A DNA stretch of 64,000 nt from the NCBI RefSeq assembly GCF_020745735.1, contig NC_083407.1, positions 87,721,857 through 87,785,856 of the forward strand. Direction: 5' to 3'. The position numbers and the translations under genes are program-made. Under the pieces are notes generated by a model, which worked only from the letters and a program-made list of their open reading frames with translations, did no database searches and was not told where the DNA came from. The stretch comes from Hemiscyllium ocellatum. Its lineage: Eukaryota. Numbering within the stretch: the first letter of the stretch is position 1; each line of letters starts with the position of its first letter. Of the stretch, positions 51,810-64,000 are shown piece by piece.

Positions 51810-54800
51810 TGATGCCAGGATCAAGGATGTCTCGGAGAGGGTGCAGAATGTTCTCAAGGGGAAGAGGGAACAGCAGGAGGTCATAGTACACATTGGAACC
51901 AATGGCATAGGAAAAGGATGAGATTCTGAAGAGAGAATATAGAGAGTTAGGCAGGAGTTTAAAAAGGAGGTCCTCGAGGCTAGAAATATATGGATTAATC
52001 CAGGTGCTGCGAGCTAGTGAAGGTAGGAATAGGAGGATAGAGCAGATGAATGCATGACTGAGGAGATGGTATATGGGGGAAGGATTCACATTTTGGATCA
52101 TTGGAAACTCCTGGGTAGAAGTGACCTGTACAAGAATGACAGATTGCAATTGAATTAGAAGGGGACTGATATACTGACAGGGAGATTTGTTAGAGCTGCT
52201 CAGGAGGATTTAAATTGTTAAGGTGTGGGGTAGGACCCAGGGAGATAGTGAGGAAAGAGATCAATCTGAGACTGGTACAGTTGAGAAAAGAAGCGAATCA
52301 GTCAGGGCAGGCAGGGACAAAGCAGAAAACAAGGCAGGATGATAAATTAAACTGCATTTATTTCAATGTAAAACGCCTAACGGGGGAGGCAGAAGAACTC
52401 AGGGCAGGGTTAGAAACATAGGACTGGGATATCGTAACAATTACAGAAATGTGGCTCAGGGATGGACAGGACTGGCAGCTTAATGTTCCAGGATAAAAAA
52501 TGCTACAGGAAGGACAGAAGAAGAAGCAAGAGAGGAGGGGGAGTGGTGTTTTTGATAAGGGATAATATTACAGCTGTACTGAGGGAGGATATTGGAAGTT
52601 ATTTGGGTGGAACTGAGAAATAACAAAGGGCTGATCACCTTATTGGGATCGTACTATAGTCAGACCCCTAATGCTCAGAGGGAAATTGAGAAACAAATTT
52701 GTAAGGAGATCTCAGTTGTCTGTAAGAATAATACGATGGTTATGGTCGGAGATTTTAACTTTCCAAACATAGATCGGGATTGCCATAGTGTTAAGGGTTT
52801 AGATGGAGAGGAATTTGTTAAGCATGTACAAGAAAATTTTCTGATTCAATATGTGGATGTACCTATTAGAGAAGGTGCAAAACTTGACCTATTCTTGGGA
52901 AATAAGGTAGGGCAGGTGGCTGAGATGTCAGTGGGGGATCACTTTGAGCCTGACCATAATTCTATTAGTTTTAAAACAGTGATGGAAAAGGATAGTTCAG
53001 ATCAAAAATTGGGGGAAGGCTAATTTTGACAGTATTAGGCAAGAACTTTCAAAAACTGATTGGGGGCAGATGTTCGCAGGTAAACAGACGGCTGGAAAAT
53101 GCGAAGCCTTCAGAAATTAGATAACGAGAGTCCAGAGACAGTATATTTCTGTTAGGTTGAAAAGGAAGGCTGGTAAGTGTAGGGAATGCTGGATGACTAA
53201 AGAAATTGAGGGTTTGGTTAAGAAAAAAAAAGGAAGCATATGACAAGTATAGACAAGAGAGATCAAATGAATCCTTAGAAGAGTGTAAAGGCAGTTGGAG
53301 TATACTCAAGAGTGAAATCAGGAGGGCAAAAAGGGAACATGAGATAGCTTTGGCAAATAGAGTTAAGGAAATCCAATGGGTTTTTATAAATACATTAAGG
53401 ACAAAAGGGTAACAAGGGAGAGAATAGGGCCCTCAAAGATCAGCAAAGCCACCTTTTTGTGGAGCCGGAGAGATGTGGGAGATACTAAACAAGTATTTTG
53501 CTTCAGTGTTTACTGTGGAAGAGGACATGGAAAATATAGAATGTAGGGAACAAGATGGTGACATTTTGAAAAAAATGTCTATATTACAGAGCAGGTATTG
53601 CTGGATGTCTTGAAACACATGAAAGTGGATAAATCCCCAGGACCAGATCAGGTGTACCCTAGAACTCTGTGAGAAGCTAGGGAAGTGATTGCTGCGATAT
53701 TTGTCAGAGGTAGTCATCAATAGTCACAGGTAAGGTGCCGGAAGACTGGACGTTGGTTAACATGGTGCACTGTTTAAGAAGGGTGGTAAGGACAAGCCAG
53801 GGAACTATAGACCAGTGAGCCTGACGTCAGTGGTGGGCAAGTTGTTGGAGGGAATCCTGAGGGACAGGATGTACATGTATTTGGAAAGGCAAGGACTGAT
53901 TCGGGATATTCAACATGGCTTTGTGAGTGGAAAATCATGTCTCACAAACTTGATTGAGTTTTTTTAAAGAAGTAACAAAGAATATTGAAGAGGGCAGAGT
54001 GGTAGACGTGATCGATATGGACTTCAGGAAGGCATTTGACAAAGTTCCCCATGGGAGACTGGTTAGAAAAGTTAGAGCTTACGGAATACAGGGAGAACTA
54101 GCCATTTGGATACAGAACTGGTTCAAAGGTAGAAGACAGAGGGTGGCGGTGGAGGATTTGTTTTTCAGACTGAAGGCCTGTGACCAGTGGAGTGACACAA
54201 GGATCGGTGCTGGATCCGCTACTTTTTGTCATTTATATAAGTGATTTGGATGTGAGCATAAGAGATATAGTTATTAAGTTTGCAGATGACACCAAAATTG
54301 GAGGTGTAGAGGACTGCAAAGAAGGTTTCCTCAGATTACAATGGGATCTTGATCAGATGGGCCAATGGGCTGAGAACTGGCAGATGGAGTTTAATTTATT
54401 AATATATTAATCTATTTAATTTTTAATCTATTTTCAGGCAGCTCAAAATCCTCATCATCTGGATTTGATTCCGCACTCTGCAGGGCAGTAACAAACACCT
54501 GTTTCTCCAGTCCTTTCTCTCAAGAATAACATGGTTTCAACATGTTCACATGACATACTCAATACCTTTCTTTTCTATCTGGTATCTTGACTAAATAGTT
54601 CACCTGACTCAACTTTATCTCAGTTAGATAGGGACCACTATACCTGACTTTGAAGGGTTCTCTAATCACTGGTAACAGTACTAACATGTTATCCCCTCAG
54701 GAAAATGTCCCAGTCTCAGAGTTTTTATCTGCCACCTGCTTTTTTCTATACTGTGCCCTCTTTAGGTGCTGTTTAGCTAGCTCACCTACTCGGTTAAATC

Positions 54801-55820
54801 TCTCATTGAGACATAGAGATGTACAGCATGGAAACAGACCCTTTGGTCCAACTTGTCCATGCTGACCAGATATCCCAACCCAATCTAGTCCCACCAGCCA
54901 GCGTCTGGCCCGAATCCCTCCAAACCCTTCCTAGTTAAATACCCATTCAGATGCCTTTTAAATGTTGCAATTGTACTAGCCTCCACTACTTCTTCTGGTG
55001 GCTCATTCCACACACATACCATTTAGATAAATGTGAGGTGCTGCATTTTAGGAAAGCAAATTTTACCAGGACTTATACACGTAATGGTAAGGTCCTAGGG
55101 AGTGTTGCTGAACAAAGAGACCTTGGAGTGCAGGTTCGTAGCTCCTTGAAAGTAGAATTGCAGGTAAATAGGATAGTGAAGAAGGCATTTGGTATGCTTC
55201 TGTTATTGGTCAGTGTATTGAGTACAGGAGTTGGGAGGTCATGTTGTGGCTGTACAGGACATTGGTTAGGCCATTTTTGGAATATTGCGTGCAATTCTAG
55301 TCTTCTTCCTATCGGAAGGATGCTGTGAAACTTGAAAGGGTTCAGAAAAGATTTACAAGGATGTTGCCAGGGTTGGAGGATTTGAGCTGTATGGAGAGGT
55401 TGAATAGGCTGGGCTGTTTTCCTTGGAGCTTCGGATGCTGAGGGGTGACCTTATAGAGGTTTATAAAATCAAGAAGGGCATGGGATAGGGTAAATAGACA
55501 AGGTCTCTTCCTTGGGGCGGTGGAGTCCAGAACAAGAGGGCATAGGTTTAGTGTGAAAGGGGAAAGATATAAAAGAGACCCAAGGGCAACTTTTTCAGGC
55601 ATAGCATGGTATGTGTGTATGGAATGAGCTGCCAGAGGAAGTGGTGGAGGCTGGTACGTTTGCAACATTTAAAAGGCATCTGGATGGGTTTCTGAATAGG
55701 AAGGATTTGGAGGAATATGGGCCGGGTGCTGGCAGGTGGCACTAGATTGGGTTGGGATATCTGGTCAGCATGGACGAGTTAGACTAAAGGGTCTGTTTCC
55801 ATGCTGTACATCTCTATGAC
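51810..55820 (+). mobile_element. CR1/HER1-type LINE nested in the Gypsy element (ORF1 esterase end, APE, RT, 3' tail), interrupted by an inverted duplication at ~54400-55020
   Basis: VIVHIG esterase motif (~51880), APE VGDFNFPNID, RT DFRKAFDKVPH / QGSVLDP / KFADDTK; many stops and frameshifts. Confidence 0.92.
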
Positions 55821-56212
55821 TCAATGAGAGATTTAACCTAGTAGGTGAGTTAGTTAAACAGCATTTAAAGAGGGCACAGTATAGAAAAAAAGCAGGTGGC
55901 AGATAAAAACTCTGAGACTGGGACATTTTCCTGAGGGGATAACATGTTAATACTGTTACCAATGATTAGAGAACCCTTCAAAGCCAGGTATAGTTGTCCC
56001 TATCTAACTGAGATAAAGTTAAGTCAGGTGAACTATTTAGTCAAGATGCCAGATAGAAAAGAAAGGTATTGAGTATGTCATGTGAACATGTTGAAACCAT
56101 ATTATGCTTGAAAGAAAGAACTGGAGGAACAGATGTTTCTCACTGTCCTGCAGAGTGTGGAATCAAATCCAGATAATGTGGATTTTGAATTGCCTGAAAA
56201 TAGATTTAAAAA
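54420..56212. repeat. ~600-bp inverted repeat (about 54420-55020 / 55607-56212)
   Basis: Both copies contain the same CR1-tail/Gypsy-integrase junction in opposite orientation. Confidence 0.92.
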
Positions 56213-57754
56213 ATAAAGAAGTCCTTGAGGAGTGGGATAGGTTAGTAAGCCACTGTCTCAGGAGAATAGAATGCAGTTGAAAGATTTGTTACTGCAGTAT
56301 AAGGACATATGTTAGAATTAGATGGGGAGGACTAATGCTGTTGTACATGAAGTAGATGTAGGAAATACTGTAACAACACCTCTATTGGCTTAATCCTTTC
56401 AAAGCCAGACAGGTCCAGATTAAGGTGGAGGCCATGCTTGATGAGGACATCATCGAACCAAGCCAGAGCGAGTGGTTTTCACCGATCATCTTAGTTCTAA
56501 ACTCGACAGGACTCAACGATTCTTGGTGGACTATTGTAAGGTCAACGCTGTTACAAAATCTGACTCATATCCAATTCCTAGATTAGAGGACTGTATCGAG
56601 AAAGTCGGACAAGCCAGTTACATCACCCAAGTTGGAATTAATGTGTGGTTACTAGCAGGTACCTTTATCAGAGTTGGCAAAAGAAGTTTCTGCATTTGTA
56701 ACCCCAGAAATGGGCTACATCAGTTTAAAGTGAATCCCTTTGGAATGAAGGACGCACCCGCCACATTCCAAAAACTTATGAAGAGAGTTCTGATTGGGTT
56801 AACAAACTGTGCAGTCTATTTGGACAATGTAGTGATCTTTAGTAAGTCCCGGAAAGATCACATGGTAAAGTTTGCAGAGCACAACTACAAGAAGCAAAAC
56901 TGGTGATAAACTTAAATAAGACGGAATTCGCGAAAGTAGAGGTGACATTTTTGGGACATAACATCGGTCATGGAAGGTTGACCCCATGGAACTCAAAGAC
57001 GAAGGCCATCGAGAAATTTCCATGACCAACCACGAAGAAAGAGATGCTTCAATTCTTAGGACTCAGCGGATTCTATTGGAAGCTTGTTCCAAACTTCAGC
57101 AGTGTAGTGGCACCATTAACCGATTTGCTGAAGAACACGAAGTTTCGGTTGACAGAACCATGCCAGGAGGCATTCGATGATTTGAAATCAATATTAATCA
57201 CCAAACCAGTTTTAGCTACACCAAACCTTTCAAAACATTCTAAAGTCGCCATCAATGCTAGTGACATAGCTGTATTCCTATAGGAAGATAAGGATGGGAT
57301 TGAACTGCCAGTTAGTTGCTTTTCAAAGATGATCAACATCCACCAGAAGAAATATTCCACAATCAAAAAGGAACTATTGAGTTTGGTACTGGCCGTACAA
57401 CATTTTTATGTGAATGTCACGAACAATGTGTCGGAGATGGTTGTACATAGATCACAATCCGCTTAAACTCTTAGAAAACTTTAAATACAAGAATATGAGT
57501 CTATTTCATTATGGTACAACTTTTAGTTTAATCATCATACATATTGTAGGTCAGAAGAATATAATCGCAGATGGGTTATCGCGGATTTAACTGATAGAGT
57601 TTATATGAGATTTTTCTTCATGTATATGAAAAGAAATTAAGGTGAACTTATGTTAAAAGTTATCTGTATGTTAGGGTATTGTGTTTAAAAAGTAGAGAAA
57701 AAAATGAAGCCATCTTTTCATTATGATGATTCATTTTTTTCTTAAGCGGGGAGG

Positions 57755-58444
57755 TGTTATGAAGATATGAGTGAAGTATTATACCTTTTATACTTTTTAA
57801 GAGAGTTAAAAGCTAGCAGTGTCAGCACTGGGTGTTCTCAATAAGACACAATGTAACATGTGCTCCAGCTACCAGAGTAGCTGGTTGCCTGGAAACGACA
57901 AAAAAATTCGAATTAGGCCAATCGGTTTAAATTATTCCCCTAAAAATATCAATTTCCAATCAAGTTTGAATTGAGTATATTGACAATCTTAAAAGTCAAT
58001 GTCACAATCGGTTGAGACTGGGGAAAAATTGAACACTTGGAAGAAGAGCTGCCAAGCCATGATGGGTAAAAGACAGCCTGAAAAAAAATCACTCTTTTAA
58101 AAGTACTGTTTTCAATCAGTAACTTGTGAAGCAGAATCCCTAAGAAAAGACACAGGAAGATCTAAATAGAACCAAAAGTTGCCTGGTTTTGAGGTAAGAA
58201 GTGTTGTTTTGTAAATCTTAATTGGGAGTTTTATCTGAATAGTATTGTGGAAGGGGAGGTAGGAGTAAGGACTTGTACATAGTTGTTAGTTAATCATTCT
58301 CTGTTATACTTTAAGAAATAAAGTTGTGAATTTTTACTTTAATTAGTCTTTGGCCAGTCGAATTTTTAGATTACTGCACGGGATAAATCTTTTCTATGTT
58401 GCTGGTTTTAAACTAAGCAGGAGAGTTTACCCCGTGTGGTAACA
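57755..58444 (+). repeat. 3' LTR of the Gypsy element
   Basis: TGTTATGAAGAT...GTAACA, preceded by PPT GCGGGGAGG; contains AATAAA near 58317. Confidence 0.9.
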
Positions 58445-58649
58445 ACAGCATTTGTGATAAAACAGAATTAAGGGTTCATGTTTTTTGGAACAGGGTTTGA
58501 GCTCGGAAGATCTGTGATAAGGTAGAACAACTTTTCCCAGTTCTGACGAATAGTCCCGTACCAGACACGTTCATGGTCTCTCGCCTCTCCGAAGAAGGCA
58601 CCTAAACCTCTTCCCCCAGCATTTTCTGTGTTTATTCCAAGTACCTAGA

Positions 58650-59330
58650 GATTGTGTAAATACTGAAAATGCAAAGTCCTGCCCATAGACGTCCAGCAAG
58701 CGAAGGCCATTCAGTAAGATCGGGGCCGACCAACTGCAAGAATGCGACCGAGAGAAGCTAGAGTAAGGCGACTGAAACGGTGGTCGAGTTGAAGCCAAAG
58801 CCCAGGGTTCGAAAAAGAGCTGTATGTTTCATTTTAAAATATCCCCAAAAGCGAAATGGCCAGGTGTTGAGAATTGCACCACGTTATGTATTGTTGTACT
58901 TTTGTAAATGTGTGTGAGATAATATCGATGGACGGTCTATCCGTTTGCAACCGCGTTGACATGCAACAGGCTGCAATCTTGTTGCAAGCAGCAGTGAGGA
59001 TTGAGGATGCTGCTGTTGCTGCCGCCGCCGCGGCCACCACGCCTGGCCCTGATGGGCTGAGGCCCGCCTTCCCGCCGCAATCTCGAGTTGGGAGCTGCGC
59101 AGCTGCACACCGTGAGCAGCGGCTCCGAGAGACTGCAGGGAGAGAGGCGCCGTCTGGCCCGGCCAGCGGGGCCTGCTTAAGGAGCACCGTGTTGATGGCC
59201 TGACTCCTGGAGGGATTGCAGTGACTGAGGGGCCGGATAGCCTTCGCTTCCCTGATCTAGGCGGGCTCTACGGGGAGGAAAGAAACTGCTTCGCTGCTGC
59301 AAGGAAAGACGGTGTCCTAACTGCTGCTTT
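58650..59330. promoter_or_regulatory. GC/CpG-rich island, possible alternative TBCCD1 promoter or first exon
   Basis: Strongly GC/CpG-rich unique sequence with GCC/GCT runs; candidate + strand donor GTGAGC near 59112; no recognisable protein. Confidence 0.45.
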
Positions 59331-60026
59331 GTATTTGCTCACCCCCTCCCTGTTGCTGTTGCTGCTGCTGCTCAACTTTCCCTCTTGCTTCTGAACTGCA
59401 TGTGTTTATAAGCACCTTCATGCCTTTTTCCCTCTAAATTTGCAGAGTTGAAACGAATTAATTCGCGCTCTTTCCCCATCCCCCTCTTAAATACACATTG
59501 ATTCATAAACAAGGTAGCCTCTGGAATATATTTAAAAAGTAAAGTGGAAAGTCGTCAAGAGTTAGATTAAAATGTTGTTGCTACCCTACTCTTTTCTCTC
59601 TCTCTTCCACCCCCCCCCCATTACCGAACGGTACCTAAATGCCTCATTAAGCCCCTCGACCTCAAAAAGTGTAGATAGGAGGCACTACCTCAAGGGCTGC
59701 TGCGTTGACCAGTTGATGGCCACGTTTAGCCAGGCCCAGGAGCTATCTCACAAAGGGGTCCTCTGATTTGACCACCTCTTCGTATCTCATGGTGGTCATA
59801 GGTCAGAAGCATGGGGCATAAATGCAACCAGAAATTTTAAAACGACCCCTTTTAAAAATAAACAAAATAGTTGTCTCAAACACAGACATTCAAAAAGTGA
59901 ACATGAAAAGTTTATTCCCGCAGGTCACAAAAACAAAGCGTGGCCTATAAAACTTACTTGAAGTTTTAATTGCATGAGACTGCTGCAGGTAACAAACTCT
60001 GCCCTAGATCCTTGATGGAAAGGGGA

Positions 60027-60340
60027 TTAGATTAGATTAGACTTACAGTGTGGAAACAGGCCCTTCGGCCCAACAAGTCCACACCGACCCGCCGAAGCGC
60101 AACCCACCCATACCCCTACATTTACCCCTTACCTAACACTATGGGCAATTTAGCATGGCCAATTCACCTGACCCGCACATCTTTGTGACTGTGGGAGGAA
60201 ACCGGAGCACCCGGAGGAAACCCACGCAGACACGGGGAGAACGTGCAAACTCCACACAGTCAGTCGCCTGAGTCGGGAATTGAACCCGGGTCTGCAGGCG
60301 CTGTGAGGCAGCAGTGCTAACCACTGTGCCACCGTGTCGC
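60027..60340 (-). mobile_element. HE1-like tRNA-derived SINE, young (CpGs retained)
   Basis: Full-length copy with A/B boxes and (TTAGA)n tail. Confidence 0.92.
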
Positions 60341-62920
60341 CCCAAGGACTTCCTTACAAAAGAGCCATCCACTGAGTATATCTGCTGGAAGGTAGAACAT
60401 AACGCGAGGCTGTATCCTGGGAGTCGTCAAAAATGAGGAATTGGAAAGTGTGCAGCAGTCTGTGCAGGAAAACACTCTTATTTGGAAGGACACAAAGGGA
60501 ATTTCCTTGGGATGGGAAAATGTGTCCCAAGGGAGGGTTTGCTTTCTGTCAACAATGTCAAATTCCAAGTAGACAGGACTAAGTTCACCCGGAAGCTCAC
60601 CCTGCACTCCAGCCACCTCATCCTGTGTGCTGTCTGAGTACCGCAGCCATGAGGTTCTGGGTGGCATTGGCTGCATAGTGGTTGTTAGACAACACTCTAG
60701 CATCCAATTGCATTGGTGTCATTCAGCCCAGTCCTCCACCATCCAACACATCCAAGTCACCCCAGCCTCCTGTACCAGTCACCTAAAGTCCTGCTAACAG
60801 ACAGCTCTGTTCCTGAGCAGCATCTCCCTCATGACAGCTGCCACTCCAACTAAAGTATAAAGGCTGTATTATGCCAGATAAATTGTATGTTTAGCCAGAG
60901 GAACCAAGGCAAAGCACTTTGCAGACTGCATTTGAGCTTAAAGTGGCAAATGCCAAATAATTTAAGACCCCAAGTAGCTGTGGATGGATTTAAATTCTCA
61001 TTTAGGAAATAGTAGTTTAGCCTCAATATTGCTAGCCCACTTAGATAACCATGATGCTACCATAATCCCTGGAATTTATTTCTAATCTAACTCTTTGACC
61101 CTCTATTGAAGCCATTTATCAGTTTTTTTCCCTCCTTCACACAATCTCTAACCTTTTAAGTAAGCCATTACCTAATTTATATAGTTGTTTTTGATATTTG
61201 TATTTTACAGTTTTAATCTTTGGTTTGTTTTCTTTGCTTAGAAAGAATACAGATGTAATATTTACAGATGGTCTCTGAATCTCTTTAATACATAGGTACA
61301 GAAATACAGAGAAGTTCACATAACCTGGAATCACAGTGGAAGAACTTATTTAACAAATTTATTGGATTAATCCTGACTACAGTTTAGAAATTTCAGATTA
61401 GTATTATTCACTCCAAGTAAACAAGATCTGCATACAATCTCTTTCCCAAAGTGAGTATTTACCTCATATCAAAGTTGCACTTTTTATTAGCTTAGCTCTC
61501 AGAGTAAAACTCCAGTAGGAGACCGGGAGGTATAAAGGCTAATCGAAGCTTTGCAATTTTAATGTTTCAGTCATACTACTAGCTATTAATATCAAGGCTC
61601 AATATTAACAATATGGACACTACAGTTTCAGTACGTCTGAGGGGGTTTTGCATTGCAGAGATGCAATGAACAATAATAAGAAAACTAGTGAATGATTTTA
61701 ATTTTTCCTCTTTTTGGTGGTTAAGGATTATTTTAGTGTACGTTGACTCCAATTCTTATCTCGGTGTAGAGCTTATTACTTTATACTGGATTCATGAAGA
61801 TAATTTTTCTTCACTGGGAGAATGTGAATGTTTTCAATGAGCAAGTCTTTTGAATATCATTAAATTTTATTTATTGGAATCACATTGAGATGGTAGTTCT
61901 ATTTTAATTAAATTTATATTTTCTGTCAAAAATAATGTTCACAAATGTAAGAAGATTCTTCATAGTAAACTATTTTTGAGTGTTTTTGTATGAGTATTCT
62001 TGGTTAAAACTGAGAATAAATTTGATAATAGATAAGGTCGTGAAAATTTAAAACTACAGGCAGTAAGTCCTCATTTGATGTCACGTTCCTGAACAAGTGC
62101 AATTTTATACAATCAACTTTAAGCAAATCCAACTTGCCCATTAAGATGGATGTAAAAGCTGCAGTTAATTTCTATAGGATCTTTCTCATCAGGAAAAAGT
62201 AAAAATTATACCCCATTAATTGAAATACCAATAGCAATTTAGCAATGTAATGTAACTCCTAAAAATAATAATTTTATCCTAACTTACTGATCACCTCCCA
62301 CTTGTTGCCTCTCCTTTTTAGTCTGCTGAACCTCATGCAGACTACTCCCCCTTCATCTTGCTGACCTTCTTCTCGTTATCACCTTAGCTTATGTCTAATT
62401 CTTCCAGTTACTGTGGATAGTCTTTTTGATGACCCTAACTCTCTGCCTCTCCCACACACCACTTCCCTCTCCTGAACCCTTGCTATGAGGGCTCCGGATA
62501 TAAATAGCACAAGTCAAGAAGAGCAGCTTTAACCTTTGGGAATTAAGTAAGTCAGAGGGTTGACACCTAGAGAAAGGATCAGGGAGCAGCATAATACCCA
62601 AACTAGAGGGATAACATTGAGAAGAGGGATAAGGGAGTGGGAGAGAAATATAAAAGATGCCATCAGTCAAGTTACCCGGCCCTATGTCAATCAGCTCAAA
62701 ACAATGAAATTCCTGTTAATAAAGGCAAATAGGGGAGCCAGTCACTCACTAGCATGGAAACAGAACACTGAAACAGGGATTTACTTCAGCTGACTCCATC
62801 TGATGTACCTGAATGAAGTCACATTATCAATGAAACAGAATCAGTCTCGAGTGAAAGTCATTGGCTTCTATTGCTATCATTAAATCAACACTGAAGTAAC
62901 TTATTTTCTTTTCTGCAGAA

Positions 62921-63256
62921 ATGGAGCAGCCAAGTGTTCATCTTTGGGTAAAACATGAAACCTTCATTGTTGGGGTATTGCAGATCCCACCACCTTCAAA
63001 ATTCAGTATGCACTACCTTCGAAAAATGGCAACATACGTTCGAACAAAGGGAGGAGATGGTGGTTATCCCAGACTTTCTTGGCCAATGTGGAGGCACATT
63101 GCTTGTGGAAAGTTGCAACTGGCTGAATATTTGGCTTGGCTGTATTTTGAAACATTTGACAGTCTTTTAGAGAGAAGTTCAGAAGAGAGACTGGAGTGGG
63201 CTGAGGCAGTATCTCATTGCAGGTCAGAAGAGGAAGTTGACAAACTGAAAAGTAAG
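62921..63256 (+). CDS. TBCCD1: TBCC domain-containing protein 1, first coding exon
   Basis: Polypyrimidine tract + CAG acceptor (62918), ATG 2 nt later. MEQPSVHLWVKHETFIVGVLQIPPPSKFSMHYLRKMATYV...WRHIACGKLQLAEYLAWLYFETFDSL...ERLEWAE matches the TBCCD1 N-terminus. 112 codons, then AAG|GTATTG donor. Confidence 0.94.
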
Positions 63257-63838
63257 GTATTGACTTTAATTTTGGTGAATTCTTCATTTTACTCTGCAAT
63301 AGAAAAAAAAAGTATCATCTAAAAATTTCCTGCAGTATATTACTGACTGGCTTTGTGAACCATGAATAGTGATTATAGATAGCTTTTTATCAAGAGCACT
63401 GATGAGGTATGCTGGCACATGACCATTTCCACATACACCCCAAGTTGTGGATGTTTTATTAAAAAGGAACCCAGTGAGTGATTTCATATCTATATCAGAA
63501 TGACAATTATCAATGCGAATCTATCATAGATCTTTATGATTTCTAACACTAAACAATATTTGTTTAAAAAGTCCCCTTATTAATACTTCATGTCATTTAT
63601 TCTATACACTGGTTTGCATTAGATTTATGAAACAAAACAATAAATTTAAATGGAATGACAACTAAACACCCCTAATTTAAGAGTTATGACTGCAAACTCT
63701 GGCAAGCAATTCATTTTTAATATCAACCACCAGTTTTGTTAAGCTGCCTTCATTCAGTCTTGGTCAGAAAATGGAACAGTATTGGAAATATTTGTCCCAG
63801 TGCAAAAGATAAACCAGATTTGGTATCCATTGGAGGAG

Positions 63839-64000
63839 CTGAAAATGTGTTGCTGGAAAAGCGCAGCAGGTCAGGCAACATCCAAGGAGCAGGAGATTCG
63901 ATGTTTTGGGCATTCCTGAAGAAGGGCTTATGCCCGAAACGTCGAATCTCCTGCTCCTTGGATGCTGCCTGACCTGCTGCGCTTTTCCAGCAACACATTT
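63839..64000 (+). mobile_element. Penelope-derived short foldback element in TBCCD1 intron (runs off the window end)
   Basis: Head-to-head inverted copies (63843-63913 versus 63930-64000) of the same family as 13241 and 8240. Confidence 0.8.
63912..63947 (+). ncRNA. Minimal hammerhead ribozyme motif with intact core
   Basis: ATTC-CTGAAGA-A-GGGC(TTAT)GCCC-GAAA-CGTC-GAAT: perfect stem I (ATTC/GAAT), stem II, CUGANGA and GAAA boxes, GUC triplet at 63941-63943. Confidence 0.8.

Larger units (their letters stand above)
49505..58444 (+). mobile_element. Decayed Gmr1-type Gypsy LTR retrotransposon (gag-pro-IN-RT-RH) with nested CR1
   Basis: Paired LTRs; degenerate tRNA-Pro-like PBS near 50207; polypurine tract before 57755. 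Gag YEEVKQAILSAYELVPEAY (~51000), CFHCGKVG zinc knuckle (~51440), protease ILRDT (~51705), integrase C-terminal KARYS(G/C)PY...CHVNMLKPY (~55980-56102), RT VDYCKVNAVTKSDSYPIPR...PFGMKDAPATFQ...YLDNVVI (56472-56906), RNase H to ~57590. Possible TSD ACCG/ACAG. Confidence 0.92.

Noticed and set aside
58834-59203. Ala-rich ORFs as protein-coding genes
   Set aside because: Open frames are expected in GC-rich sequence; no homology recognised and no clear splice structure.

Overview
Vertebrate genomic DNA, inferred to be a shark/elasmobranch from its HE1-like tRNA SINEs, HER1/CR1 LINEs, Deu-domain SINEs and Penelope-like elements. It holds three host genes. (1) The first coding exon and E2F/CCAAT promoter of a CDK2/CDK3-type kinase (minus, 10918-11033; no further exon found in the window). 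(2) The complete 10-exon DNAJB11/ERdj3 gene (minus, 46967 to 16002, 357 aa, last intron GC-AG). (3) The first coding exon of TBCCD1 (plus, 62921-63256), head-to-head with DNAJB11 as in mammals. Introns and spacers are filled with CR1 LINEs, SINEs, a decayed Gmr1-type Gypsy element (integrase before RT) with a nested CR1, and a GIY-YIG Penelope element. The most unusual structure is a 658-bp near-perfect, CpG-rich palindrome in DNAJB11 intron 6 (26552-27209). It has TGTTA...TAACA ends, a 4-bp AATT duplication and arms that read like LTR R-U5 ends, so it may be an integrase-inserted foldback element. Also notable are several Penelope-derived foldback elements built around minimal hammerhead ribozymes (one with an intact core, in sense within a TBCCD1 intron), and several locally templated inverted insertions or inversions inside CR1 copies. 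Exon and palindrome coordinates were read base by base; repeat boundaries are approximate and no database search was run.
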